Shown here: one piece after another, positions 31,076 to 40,876 of the stretch
Position numbering within the stretch: the stretch's first letter is position 1
Layout of the letters: each line of letters starts with the position of its first letter
Source: Promethearchaeia archaeon
GTDB lineage: Archaea > Asgardarchaeota > Lokiarchaeia > Sigyniarchaeales > SOKP01
Direction of reading: 5' to 3'
Assembly: GCA_029856145.1 (NCBI GenBank)
Contig: JAHQWK010000004.1
Span: forward strand, 64,001-128,000
Length of the DNA: 64,000 bases
Program-made: the position numbers and the translations under genes
Notes under the pieces: model-generated
Databases searched by the model: none
Told to the model about the DNA's origin: nothing
The model's input: the letters and a program-made list of their open reading frames with translations, nothing else

Positions 31076-31507
31076 ATGAATTCTGTAAAATCTTCTTTTA
31101 AAATGAAGTATAGTGATATTCAACCCAGTCAATTATACATTAGTAAGAAAAAACTATCAAAAATAAAAGAGAAATTCAATTCAAAAGATCTTTCAACATT
31201 AGAAGCAATCCCTATTAAAAAAATTGGAAAAGAGATTTTTTATACAGATGGACATACAAGGGCGTTTGCTGCATATCAGGCAGGTTTTAAAGAAATTCCT
31301 GTAATTTGGGAGGATGAAGAATTAGATTGGGAAATGTATCAAATTTGTATAAAGTGGTGTAAAGATGCAGGAATATCTTCTATTGCAGATTTAAGTGAAA
31401 GAATAATTGATCAAAAAGAGTATGAAATTCTATGGTACAAGCGGTGTGATGATCTACATAAAGATTTAAAAATAAAGCGAGCTAAGAAAAAGAATTTCAA
31501 AACTTAA
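31076..31507 (+). CDS. ParB/sulfiredoxin-like N-terminal domain protein
   Basis: Motifs IQPSQLYIS, IPI and TDGHTRAFAA. Confidence 0.65.
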   Translation: MNSVKSSFKMKYSDIQPSQLYISKKKLSKIKEKFNSKDLSTLEAIPIKKIGKEIFYTDGHTRAFAAYQAGFKEIPVIWEDEELDWEMYQICIKWCKDAGISSIADLSERIIDQKEYEILWYKRCDDLHKDLKIKRAKKKNFKT

Positions 31508-31543
31508 CAAAAATACTAGTAAAATTTATTTAAAAAGGTTAGA

Positions 31544-32167
31544 TTAAGCAGTTTCTATCGTCTTTCCTGAAAGCTTCTTGTAATGATTGAGAACTGCTTG
31601 ACGAGCTGCATATACGAAAGCTCTCTTGACATTTACTCCTTGTATTGCTATTGTCTCGTAAATTAACACATGATTCAATTTTGCTGTATCTAATGTTTGA
31701 CGTATTTTTGAGATTTCCACAATATCCTCTAAATCGCGCTTATTAGCAAGAGCTACTGTTGGTACTTCTGGAGGGGCAAAAGCTTCTGGAGGTATGAGTT
31801 TATCACCATAAAATCGGAGTAATTCTTTAAGAGACCAAATATTCTCGCTCCACTGGTCTATCAATGAATCCCATGTAAAAATAATAGCATCCGTGCCTCT
31901 GAGAACAGTCTGACGTTGGAATTTATGACGTCTCTGACCAGCGACCGTATAAACTTGAAAAACTACATTAGAAACGCGGGCAACGACTCGGTCAAAAAAC
32001 AATGTTCGCCCTGTTGGGTCTTGGATTTGTTGCATATCTCCTGTAGCCAACCCTTCTTTCTTATAGACCCAATCAAGTGCCGTTGTTTTTCCACCTAGGC
32101 TTGGGCCGTAGAAACAGATCTTAAATACAAGGGTCCCATCTCCTCGACGACTTGGCAAATATATCAA
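31544..32167 (-). CDS. MglA-type small GTPase
   Basis: Motifs GPSLGGKTT, RTLFFD, YTVAGQ, ANKRD and ETIA. Confidence 0.9.
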   Translation of the reverse strand: MIYLPSRRGDGTLVFKICFYGPSLGGKTTALDWVYKKEGLATGDMQQIQDPTGRTLFFDRVVARVSNVVFQVYTVAGQRRHKFQRQTVLRGTDAIIFTWDSLIDQWSENIWSLKELLRFYGDKLIPPEAFAPPEVPTVALANKRDLEDIVEISKIRQTLDTAKLNHVLIYETIAIQGVNVKRAFVYAARQAVLNHYKKLSGKTIETA

Positions 32168-32427
32168 TCCTCACTTTTAAATAATCAAAAAATATAAATT
32201 AAATCTTATTAAATCTATAAAACTCTTGTAATATAAAAATTTACAAAAGAAAAGTTTTGCTATTTTTAAGTATTGAAAGTAGCAATCTCATATGTATTTA
32301 GCTCTAATATCTAAATATTATGCATGCTATTACTAATAATCTATCTTTTTAACTTTGCCACTCTTATATTTCTGTTTGTAGACATTCCGGTGATTAACCT
32401 TAAAAGTCCCAAATAATGTCTTTAGGC

Positions 32428-33306
32428 CTATAAGATTTTACCACACCATACACATTCTTCGTGCTTGAGTTTACGTGACAAAGCACACTTAGGGCAATCT
32501 TCTTTTACACTTGGTTCTTGTTCGGTTTCCGGGGGAATAGTGATAAGAATTTTCTCCGGTTCTAATTCAATTGCAGAGGATTTACTTTCAATTTGGATAT
32601 CTTGTTTGGTTTCAGGTGCAACACTTTCAAATTGTTCTCCACAATTAACACAATATCGCGGATCTGTTTTCATCATCTTATAACCGCACATAGGGCAGAA
32701 TTTAAATGAAGATTGTGCTAAATCTGTAGCTACTGGGCTTGGTTCAGTATGTGCTTGTTCAGGGCTCATAAATTGTTTTTTCATAGGGACAATTACCTCT
32801 TTTGGTTGTACAGGACTCATTTTTGAGACTCCATACCCTATTAATGATAAAATACCACCTAAAAACATTCCGATTACACCAAAACCTGGGTTTAAATTTG
32901 CCCACATACTTAGATCATAGAACATTTGAGTATTAATTTCCAATCCCACTATCCATACTATTGTTCCAATCATTAGCATTACCGATGCTCCAGCCCAAGA
33001 TCTACTATCGTTATAAGCAGTTGCTCTTTTAAATTTCCTCGTATTATTGCCTTTATAAATGATAATACCAATACTTATAAGCACTATTAAAGAACCTATT
33101 AAAGAAACAAAAATTTCACCAGGATCTTGAGTAAATCGGGTAATAGTCCCATATCCGTAAACCTGTAATGAAAATAATCCCCACATCCAAACATACATAG
33201 AACTAGCATAGTTACTAATATAACCCGCTGGTGTCAAAAAAGCAATAAGAGCAATAGCGCCTCCAACTAGTGAAAATGCCCAATCATATTCTCTAACATC
33301 TCCCAT
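32428..33306 (-). CDS. Four-TM membrane protein with C-terminal zinc ribbons
   Basis: TM region followed by CPMC..CVNC and CPKC..CVWC. Confidence 0.8.
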   Translation of the reverse strand: MGDVREYDWAFSLVGGAIALIAFLTPAGYISNYASSMYVWMWGLFSLQVYGYGTITRFTQDPGEIFVSLIGSLIVLISIGIIIYKGNNTRKFKRATAYNDSRSWAGASVMLMIGTIVWIVGLEINTQMFYDLSMWANLNPGFGVIGMFLGGILSLIGYGVSKMSPVQPKEVIVPMKKQFMSPEQAHTEPSPVATDLAQSSFKFCPMCGYKMMKTDPRYCVNCGEQFESVAPETKQDIQIESKSSAIELEPEKILITIPPETEQEPSVKEDCPKCALSRKLKHEECVWCGKIL

Positions 33307-33599
33307 TTTTCATATAACCTCTACTTTCTATAAATTATTATTTTTAATATAATTCTTGTCTTATTTCTCAATAAGATATTTTGTATTATAAATCCATATT
33401 TTTTTTGTGGACAAGCAAGTAGAGAAAATATGATAGAAAATGGATTTAATCTTTTCTTTTAAAGAAAGGCAATTTAATGTAAACAAAATTGAGTATTTTG
33501 ATTGGATTTTTCTTTTGCAGAATATTAAAAATAAGTTCTTTTATGAAATAATAAGTAAATTAAATTCACTACATTAAATACATAATTTAGGTTTTTAAA

Positions 33600-36590
33600 T
33601 TGAAGGCTCTTTTAAAATCTTTTAATCTTTCTGATGATGCGATTAGCATTTACATTAAGGGGTTAGGGAAATTTCCATATACTCTTAGTGAAATTCAAAG
33701 TATTGTACCTAATGTCTCAGAAAAGGAGATTAAGCAAGTAATTGACGAGCTTATTGAAAAAAAACTAATTTTACTTATTAATCCTAGATATTCAGAATCA
33801 GTACCACACTATATAATTATTCCTCCATTTGCAGCAATGTTGAATAATATAACTGATTTAACTGAGGTTTCTGATGAAAGGAATATAAAAGAATCAGAAA
33901 AAAATCCTATGATAGAAAAATTTCAGGAGGCAATATATCAAGATTTGGAAAATATTAGTGGAGATTTGGTTGAAATACTTAGTAATAAAGACAATTCTGG
34001 TCAAACAATGGAAATTTTATCCGAAGTTGAGGAAAACGTAAAAAAACTTGCTCGTGTGATATTAGATGATGTTATTGGGATGATTTCACCTCTTAGAATG
34101 CAATCTGCTGTTGATGCTCGCGATTTTAGCAAACTTATCACCTCAGTAAAACAAAAAATGTCAGAATCAGAAGAAATAGTTGTTAATATGTTTTCTCAAT
34201 TTAGAGATATTGTTCAAAAATTGGGTTCTCCTGACGTACCCGCCGAATTAGACGCATTCAAAACATTCATAAGAAAATTAGGAGAATTAATTGACAAAAG
34301 AGTTCAGGAATTATCGTTAGGTGCTGGTACTCCCTCTTCAGAAAAAATTCAAGCTCTTGAAAACTCGTTATATAACCTTCTAACAAATTATATTAGCATT
34401 AATAAGGTTTCAATAGAAAAGTTTTGGATTATAAATAGTTATGAAAAGATTAAAGAAATCCTCTCTGTTCTATTAGAAAAATGCAAAAAAGAAATAACCA
34501 TTATCGTTCCTACTATCGAAGATTTTATTCCCTTAGAGAAATTTGACTTGGATTACTCCGGTTTAAAACAGGGTGTTACACAGAAAAAACCTACGCAAAA
34601 AAAACAAGTAAGTACCAGACCATCTAATACTAAAAAACAAAAAAAAGAAATCGTGGAAAAAATTGATCTTACAGCTAAAAAAGTTGCAGAACTTAAAGGA
34701 TTTGAATTAAGTCATGATATTGCTGATGTATTAACATTAATTTCGGAGATTAATGCAGAATCTGTTGTTATTGACAGTGTACAAGGTTGGCTGAACAGGC
34801 TTTTAGTTATTAGAAAACATCTAGACTCAAATACTCAATATCTACTTTTAAAAGACATGGAAAAATGGAAAAAAGATTACCCTAAAGTTAAGAAAATTGA
34901 AGAAAAACTAGAACAAGAAGTAGTAGATGAGTTAAAATCAAGGCTCTCTGAAGGAAAATCTAAAGACGAAATCCAACCTATAGGAGTAAACATAAAAATA
35001 ATTTCATCAGATTCTCATGAAAGTAAACATGCACTTGCTTTTGCTAAAAAAGCGAATATTGAGTATTTACAACTTAAAAGGAATAATATTTTTGCTATTA
35101 TGGCCGACAATTCGTCTTTTATTTTTGGAGTTTATCAAAAAATTAGAAGTAAAACTCGATTTGAGATAAGTGGTTTCTTTACCACCTATAAACCTATAAT
35201 TGAGATAATGGCTCCAGTAATAGTTGAGATTAGAAGTAAAGCGAGATATCCTAAAGCGGTTGAAATCAATAGAGTATTTAATGAAGTTATTGAAAATATT
35301 AATGATTATACTGGTAAAAAAATTGGAAAAAAGTTAAAAAGCTCATTAGATGTTGTATTTGAAAAGGATGGAATTTCTCTTGACATTTTAGAACTTAAAT
35401 TATTAATTGGGAAATTAGAAAAATTATATCATCCGTTAGATAATGAAATGAAAGAATATGTTATTAATGAGCTTAATACACTGAATAAAAAATTCTCTCC
35501 CTTCGAATTAACTTATCCCCCTGAATTTAGCCCCCCAATTTCCAAAGAAGAAGGTAAAAGTGAATTAGAGGCAGAGATTACACCACCTAAGATTGAACCA
35601 CTCGATCCAGAGAAACTTGATAATTTATTTGAATTATTCCTCGAAAAGATTAGTGATCTTAAAGGAGTAGAAATTGGAGAACAAATTGATAAATTTATTG
35701 AAGTAGTATTAAAATTGCAAGGATATTCAAACATTATTGAATGGAAAAACAGCTTGCGTAACGTCGATGAAAAACTGGAAGAACCATTTAAAGAAAAAAT
35801 TAAAGAAGATCTTTTAAGTTGGAAATTAGGGATATTGCAACAAACTATAGCACCACCCATACCGCTAAAAGAAGAATCCACTGAAGTTCTTGGATATTCA
35901 ACACAAGAAAGTGCTTCATCAATTTTTGAAGAAGATTACGTTAGTCCTGGATTAGCACAATCTCAATTTGGAGCTGAAGAAGAATCTTCATCAAACGAAG
36001 ATGAAAATAAAATTGAATCTAAAACAGAAATGAAAGAACTGTTCAATAAAATCCAAGCAAAACTAGGCGAACTAAGTGGAATTGAAATAAGTAAATTAAT
36101 GCAAAATATTGTTGATATTATATTAGAAACTGAAGGGTATTCAATGGTGCTTAAAGCTGTAAAAGATTGGATAAGTAAACTCCGGAAAATTAAAGGGCCG
36201 CTTGAAAGTGAAGTTAAAGACGACTTTCAACTAGAATTTCTAAAATTGAAAGAAAAGTATTCTGGCGAAGATGACGAAACCACCTTAGATTTTAGCCCTT
36301 CTTTTGAGATGATAGACAAATCTGACGAAATAGGTGGAAGCGGAAATGGTGGAACCTTGAACGATAAATTTAATGGTTTAATAGGGGGCGCTCAAACCTT
36401 AAAAGGGAATGAATTAAGTAATGATTTACAAAGTATCGCTGATATTCTTTTGCAATCTCAAGGAGCAGTTGCAGTAAATGTTATAAGACAATGGATTAGT
36501 AAATTGCGGTCTATAAAAGAGCCTTTAGAAGATGATATTAAAGATGAATTTTTAGCTGAATTAGAAAATTGGAAAGAAAAGTTTACTTAA
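33600..36590 (+). CDS. TrmB-like wHTH, coiled coil, PLD-like domain and five helical repeats
   Basis: N-terminal LKSFNLSD..IY..TLSEI..IKQVIDELIEKKLI..YIIIPP; CKKEITIIVP; a repeated ~78-aa unit. Confidence 0.7.
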   Translation: MKALLKSFNLSDDAISIYIKGLGKFPYTLSEIQSIVPNVSEKEIKQVIDELIEKKLILLINPRYSESVPHYIIIPPFAAMLNNITDLTEVSDERNIKESEKNPMIEKFQEAIYQDLENISGDLVEILSNKDNSGQTMEILSEVEENVKKLARVILDDVIGMISPLRMQSAVDARDFSKLITSVKQKMSESEEIVVNMFSQFRDIVQKLGSPDVPAELDAFKTFIRKLGELIDKRVQELSLGAGTPSSEKIQALENSLYNLLTNYISINKVSIEKFWIINSYEKIKEILSVLLEKCKKEITIIVPTIEDFIPLEKFDLDYSGLKQGVTQKKPTQKKQVSTRPSNTKKQKKEIVEKIDLTAKKVAELKGFELSHDIADVLTLISEINAESVVIDSVQGWLNRLLVIRKHLDSNTQYLLLKDMEKWKKDYPKVKKIEEKLEQEVVDELKSRLSEGKSKDEIQPIGVNIKIISSDSHESKHALAFAKKANIEYLQLKRNNIFAIMADNSSFIFGVYQKIRSKTRFEISGFFTTYKPIIEIMAPVIVEIRSKARYPKAVEINRVFNEVIENINDYTGKKIGKKLKSSLDVVFEKDGISLDILELKLLIGKLEKLYHPLDNEMKEYVINELNTLNKKFSPFELTYPPEFSPPISKEEGKSELEAEITPPKIEPLDPEKLDNLFELFLEKISDLKGVEIGEQIDKFIEVVLKLQGYSNIIEWKNSLRNVDEKLEEPFKEKIKEDLLSWKLGILQQTIAPPIPLKEESTEVLGYSTQESASSIFEEDYVSPGLAQSQFGAEEESSSNEDENKIESKTEMKELFNKIQAKLGELSGIEISKLMQNIVDIILETEGYSMVLKAVKDWISKLRKIKGPLESEVKDDFQLEFLKLKEKYSGEDDETTLDFSPSFEMIDKSDEIGGSGNGGTLNDKFNGLIGGAQTLKGNELSNDLQSIADILLQSQGAVAVNVIRQWISKLRSIKEPLEDDIKDEFLAELENWKEKFT

Positions 36591-36598
36591 TATCATTA

Positions 36599-37747
36599 TT
36601 AATAAAAAGGATTATGATAATTTACCTTATCTTTATTATAAAGTGTTCTTAATTTAATTTCTTTATCAATTAGACCTTCAATATGACATAAATATTCATA
36701 TTCATCTTTTAAACACAGAGTAATAGCAACACCTTTCTTACTCATTCGCGATGTGCGCCCTATTCGATGAACATAATTATCGGGAAACTTTGGTACATCG
36801 TAATTAAAGACATGAGAAATACTATCGATATCGAGACCTCGCGCTGCTACATCCGTAGCAATGAGTAAATTAATTTTATGTGTTCTAAATTCATGCAGTA
36901 TTTTTTCTCTTTGAAATTGCGATAAATTTCCTGAAATTATACCTACCCTGAAATTTGTGCCTCTATATGATTTTAATCTCTTTTCTAACCACGCTGCTGT
37001 TTTCTTTGTATTTACAAACACTAACGCATGGTTTGGTCTTTCAATCTTTAAAACTTGAATAAAGGTTTTGAATTTCTCTTCAAATCTTTCAATTAAATAA
37101 TAAACTTGAGTTGTATTTCCAACAGTTAAACTATCTCTACTTAAATTTAAAAACTTAAATTTATTACTTGTATATTTTTGGACCAATTTCCTCATATCAG
37201 AATCTAAAGTTGCTGAAAAAAGCATAAATTGGTAATCTGTTCGAATCTTGCTAAGTATGTATTTCACATCTGGAGCAAAACCCATATCCCAAAGGCGATC
37301 TCCTTCATCCAAAATTACGAATCGAGTATTATGGAAGGATAGTTCCTTTCTTTTATAAAGATCGATAATTCTCCCGGGAGTTCCGACAATGATATTAACA
37401 CCATTCTTCAATTTGTTAATTTGATTATTTATAGAAACACCACCATAAATAGTCATTGACTTGATTCTAGGATTTCCCAGATCCTTTATAACACTGTTTA
37501 TTTGTTTTGCGAGCTCCCTTGTTGGAACTAAAACTAAAGCTTCATTGTTTATATATTTTAACTGCTCGACAATAGGCAGAATAAAAGCCAATGTCTTTCC
37601 AGTACCCGTTTTAGATTGAGTCATTAAATGATGACCCTCAATAATTAAGGGTATCGCTTCTTTTTGGACAGGAGTAGGATAAATTATATTATTTCTTTTT
37701 AAAGCGATAATATTTTTTTCGCTAATTCCTAAATCTTCAAAATTCAA
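36599..37747 (-). CDS. DEAD-box RNA helicase (DEGD variant)
   Basis: Q motif PTPVQ, plus KTGTGKT, PTRELA, TPGR, DEGD, SAT, ARGLD and HRIGRTSR. Confidence 0.95.
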   Translation of the reverse strand: MNFEDLGISEKNIIALKRNNIIYPTPVQKEAIPLIIEGHHLMTQSKTGTGKTLAFILPIVEQLKYINNEALVLVPTRELAKQINSVIKDLGNPRIKSMTIYGGVSINNQINKLKNGVNIIVGTPGRIIDLYKRKELSFHNTRFVILDEGDRLWDMGFAPDVKYILSKIRTDYQFMLFSATLDSDMRKLVQKYTSNKFKFLNLSRDSLTVGNTTQVYYLIERFEEKFKTFIQVLKIERPNHALVFVNTKKTAAWLEKRLKSYRGTNFRVGIISGNLSQFQREKILHEFRTHKINLLIATDVAARGLDIDSISHVFNYDVPKFPDNYVHRIGRTSRMSKKGVAITLCLKDEYEYLCHIEGLIDKEIKLRTLYNKDKVNYHNPFY

Positions 37748-37950
37748 TTTTAATTTTCACTAATTACTTACTTTTTTACGCTCTTCTTCAATTATGAAAA
37801 ATTAATTATGAAAGATAAAGTTTTGCATTAAGAAAAATTAGTATCTGATTAAAAATAAATTCTAAAAAAATTACTAACTAATTTTTGGTGAGAATTTTCT
37901 GTATATCAATAAAATATGTAGAGAAGAACTTAACTAAATTTTAGATTAAT

Positions 37951-40134
37951 TTAATCAAAAATTATTTGTTTTGATAATCGATCCAGTTTCATTAATTTGT
38001 AGTTAATTATCAGTCTAACTTTATTACTTTTAATTTTTGGATTATTCAAAAATAAATCCTGTGCTATAGAATGATATTTTTTTCCTTTTTTAGCAAGTCT
38101 CCTATGAATTATATTTTCTTTATCATAAAGGGGAATTGGAAACATAAAGGGTCTTTTATGGATGTGTCTTGAACTCTTTACTAGCTTAATATATTTAGAT
38201 AAAATTGGAGTGTTTAAAACCGCTGAAAGATAATAGGCTTCATTTTCTGAGTCAGTAGAATAATAATAATTTTCAGATCCTATGATTAACTTCTGTTTTT
38301 GGTTATCAATCACAGCAGATTTCAAACTGGAACCACTAGCATTATATACAACAATATAGGACTTGTTATTAATTTGTTTTTTAAGTTTATTCCAGTAATT
38401 TAAATTCGCATATAAAGTATTAATTCTACTTGTTTTCTTCTTATTTTTTTGATAAATTGCATCCATATCCTGATAAAATTTCAAAGCTTTGGGATAATCT
38501 TTAAGAAAATCAAGATCAAAATCAAGTTGGTCATTTACAGGAAGAAACACATTTTTTTTATGTTTGATGTGGAATGGAAGCAGATCCATGTTTAAAAACG
38601 TTTTAAATTGGAACCTTTCTTCGATTTCTTTATTTTTAAAGGGAAATTTCCATTGTTTTTTTGATCGAGACATAATCTCTGAATCAGATGAAATAATTAA
38701 ATAATTATTTCTTTTCTGGTTTTTATTGAAGAAAACTAAAGTTCGTGGAACCAAAGTAGCACCTTGAAAAAATTTTTCTTTATAAGGACTTTTTTCTAAT
38801 TTAGTAATAACTTCTAGTTCTTGTAAAGGTAAAAGTAATTTCGCACCATTATTTTCAATTTTCAAACTTGAATAAAATGTTTTTTCTGCTAATTCTAGGT
38901 TAGTATTATATAGTTTTGTTTTAATTGGATATTTCTCATGAATTGAAACATCATTATCTTTGCCGATGTATTCCGCTTTTAAGCAAATATGATTAACATT
39001 AAAAAAATAGTGTTTTGGAAAATCCCAAATTTCTAATTTTTTATTAAACAAAGAGAAAGATCTAAATTTATGGCAATGATCTCCGTTTAAGACACTTTTT
39101 GGCATTACAAAAAAAATTTTTCCATTTTGGGCTAAAAATTTTAAAGGTATGGCATAAAAAAAAATAGCAGCCAATTCTATATGTGTAATATATTGACTCG
39201 GTGGCTTAATCCCTAACTTATTTGCTAAATTTCGAATTTTAATCTGATAAGGTTTATTTTGCAAGTCCTTATACGTTAGCCATGGAGGATTTCCAATCAC
39301 TACATCAAAAGAATTATATAAATTATTAAAATCAATATCTTTTTCATAAAGCTCAGGAAATAATGAATCAATTAAAAAAATGTTAAAATTTGATATGTTA
39401 TAGTTATCTTTATAAAAATATTCCAAGAGCAAGAGGATTATATTAACTTTTACGGTCATAACAGCCAAAGGATTAATATCAAAGCCAAAAACTTTAGATA
39501 TAGCTTTCTCTCTTGATTTTATTGACTCTTTAGAATCAATTATTTTAATTAATATATTAATTATAAAATTCCCTGAACCACAAGAGGGATCGAGAACTTT
39601 TAATCCTATTTTATAAACATCTTTCACCATCTTTTGAACTAAATTTGATGGGGTGAAGAATTCACCTATTCTATGTCTAATTTCAGGAAGAAAAACTTGC
39701 TGGTATAAAGAATTAAATAAATCTTCCTTTGCAAATTTAAAATTTTGAAATTCATTATAGATTTTTCTGACTAATTCCTTGTTAAATTTTGTCCAAAAAA
39801 AATAATCACATTCGAATATATCTTTCAAGTTATTTTCATTATATTCTTTATAGATTTCCTCAAAATCGAGATTTTTATTTGTGGATAATCTAGAACTTAC
39901 AATAACTTTTAAGACATGCGTAAAATAAGTATGATTTAAAAACAATTCAGATGTTATTTCATATCCATAGAAATTGCAGAAGATTTCTTTCCATTTTAAA
40001 AATTTTTCTTCATATAATTTTTCTTTTTTTAATTGCTCTTTAAGATGATTAATAGACTGGATGTAAATATTAGATCTTAATCCTAAAAATTCAGTAATAG
40101 CTTTTGAGTTTATTAATTCTTTATCTACATCCAT
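37951..40134 (-). CDS. Gamma-class N6-adenine DNA methyltransferase with TRD (type IIG/Eco57I-like, no visible nuclease domain)
   Basis: Motifs GEFFTP, LDPSCGSG, GFDINP, VIGNPPW and EAYYLSAVLN. Confidence 0.85.
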   Translation of the reverse strand: MDVDKELINSKAITEFLGLRSNIYIQSINHLKEQLKKEKLYEEKFLKWKEIFCNFYGYEITSELFLNHTYFTHVLKVIVSSRLSTNKNLDFEEIYKEYNENNLKDIFECDYFFWTKFNKELVRKIYNEFQNFKFAKEDLFNSLYQQVFLPEIRHRIGEFFTPSNLVQKMVKDVYKIGLKVLDPSCGSGNFIINILIKIIDSKESIKSREKAISKVFGFDINPLAVMTVKVNIILLLLEYFYKDNYNISNFNIFLIDSLFPELYEKDIDFNNLYNSFDVVIGNPPWLTYKDLQNKPYQIKIRNLANKLGIKPPSQYITHIELAAIFFYAIPLKFLAQNGKIFFVMPKSVLNGDHCHKFRSFSLFNKKLEIWDFPKHYFFNVNHICLKAEYIGKDNDVSIHEKYPIKTKLYNTNLELAEKTFYSSLKIENNGAKLLLPLQELEVITKLEKSPYKEKFFQGATLVPRTLVFFNKNQKRNNYLIISSDSEIMSRSKKQWKFPFKNKEIEERFQFKTFLNMDLLPFHIKHKKNVFLPVNDQLDFDLDFLKDYPKALKFYQDMDAIYQKNKKKTSRINTLYANLNYWNKLKKQINNKSYIVVYNASGSSLKSAVIDNQKQKLIIGSENYYYSTDSENEAYYLSAVLNTPILSKYIKLVKSSRHIHKRPFMFPIPLYDKENIIHRRLAKKGKKYHSIAQDLFLNNPKIKSNKVRLIINYKLMKLDRLSKQIIFD

Positions 40135-40237
40135 TTTATATCATATATATGAATTGATATCATAAATTTTAATCGTTTAATTAATTTAAATAAAAAAAAA
40201 GGGGTCTGTGAAAAATGAAAGTATTAAAAAGATAACT

Positions 40238-40762
40238 TTATTTTCTCATAAATGTAGGAAGCATTAAGGAAAAAATTTCTGCAATCATTCTTAATTTCGT
40301 TTTCTCCTGAATTTTTGTAACAATTAAAATCGATTTTGACAACTCTTCTTTATCTAAAGATCCTCCCGCATAAACTGCTTGGTCAGTATTAAATACTAAT
40401 AGAAATTTTACATTAGGATTGTTTATAACGCTTATTCCTTGAGTAAGTTTTAAATCATCATAAATTGGCATATAGCTTTTAGGGATATCGCTTCTGTCAT
40501 TAGTAATTAGAAGCACTGGAATCCCTCGTTCAACAGCTCTTTTAAGTTCTTTTGCATAAAAGCTATCGATACGTGGAGTTATAATATTCAATTGATCATT
40601 TGTTGAATTAATCAAATTAATCAAAAGATCATTCAAGACATTTTTCTTTTCCGCTCCTCCAGAAGATTCTATATCTACCATTCCTACTAAAGTCATTATC
40701 TTCTTTTCTAGGTCAGTTATCTGTGCTCGTAATTTCTTATTCTCAATCCTCAACTGTAGCAT
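40238..40762 (-). CDS. Short coiled coil plus PLD/TrmB-effector-like domain lacking HKD
   Basis: LINLINSTNDQLNIITP, LKRAVERGIPVLLIT and AVYAGGSL match the PLD-like fold. No HxK catalytic motif. Confidence 0.6.
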   Translation of the reverse strand: MLQLRIENKKLRAQITDLEKKIMTLVGMVDIESSGGAEKKNVLNDLLINLINSTNDQLNIITPRIDSFYAKELKRAVERGIPVLLITNDRSDIPKSYMPIYDDLKLTQGISVINNPNVKFLLVFNTDQAVYAGGSLDKEELSKSILIVTKIQEKTKLRMIAEIFSLMLPTFMRK

Positions 40763-40876
40763 TCGATCATTCGATATTCGATATCAACTCTTTTTTTGTA
40801 TTAATAATGAATGATTTAAATTATAATTATATTAATATTTTTTATTTATTGATTTTTGCTAAAGGAAAAATTGAAT

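Noticed and set aside
37300-37311. DEGD instead of DEAD as a sign of an inactive helicase
   Set aside because: The catalytic D-E and final D are retained and all other motifs are intact; the third position is variable.
40761-40785. ATTCGAT x3 tandem repeat at the start of the PLD-like gene
   Set aside because: Too short for a CRISPR or iteron. It may simply encode an N-terminal extension from an ATA codon, which I cannot support without orthologs.
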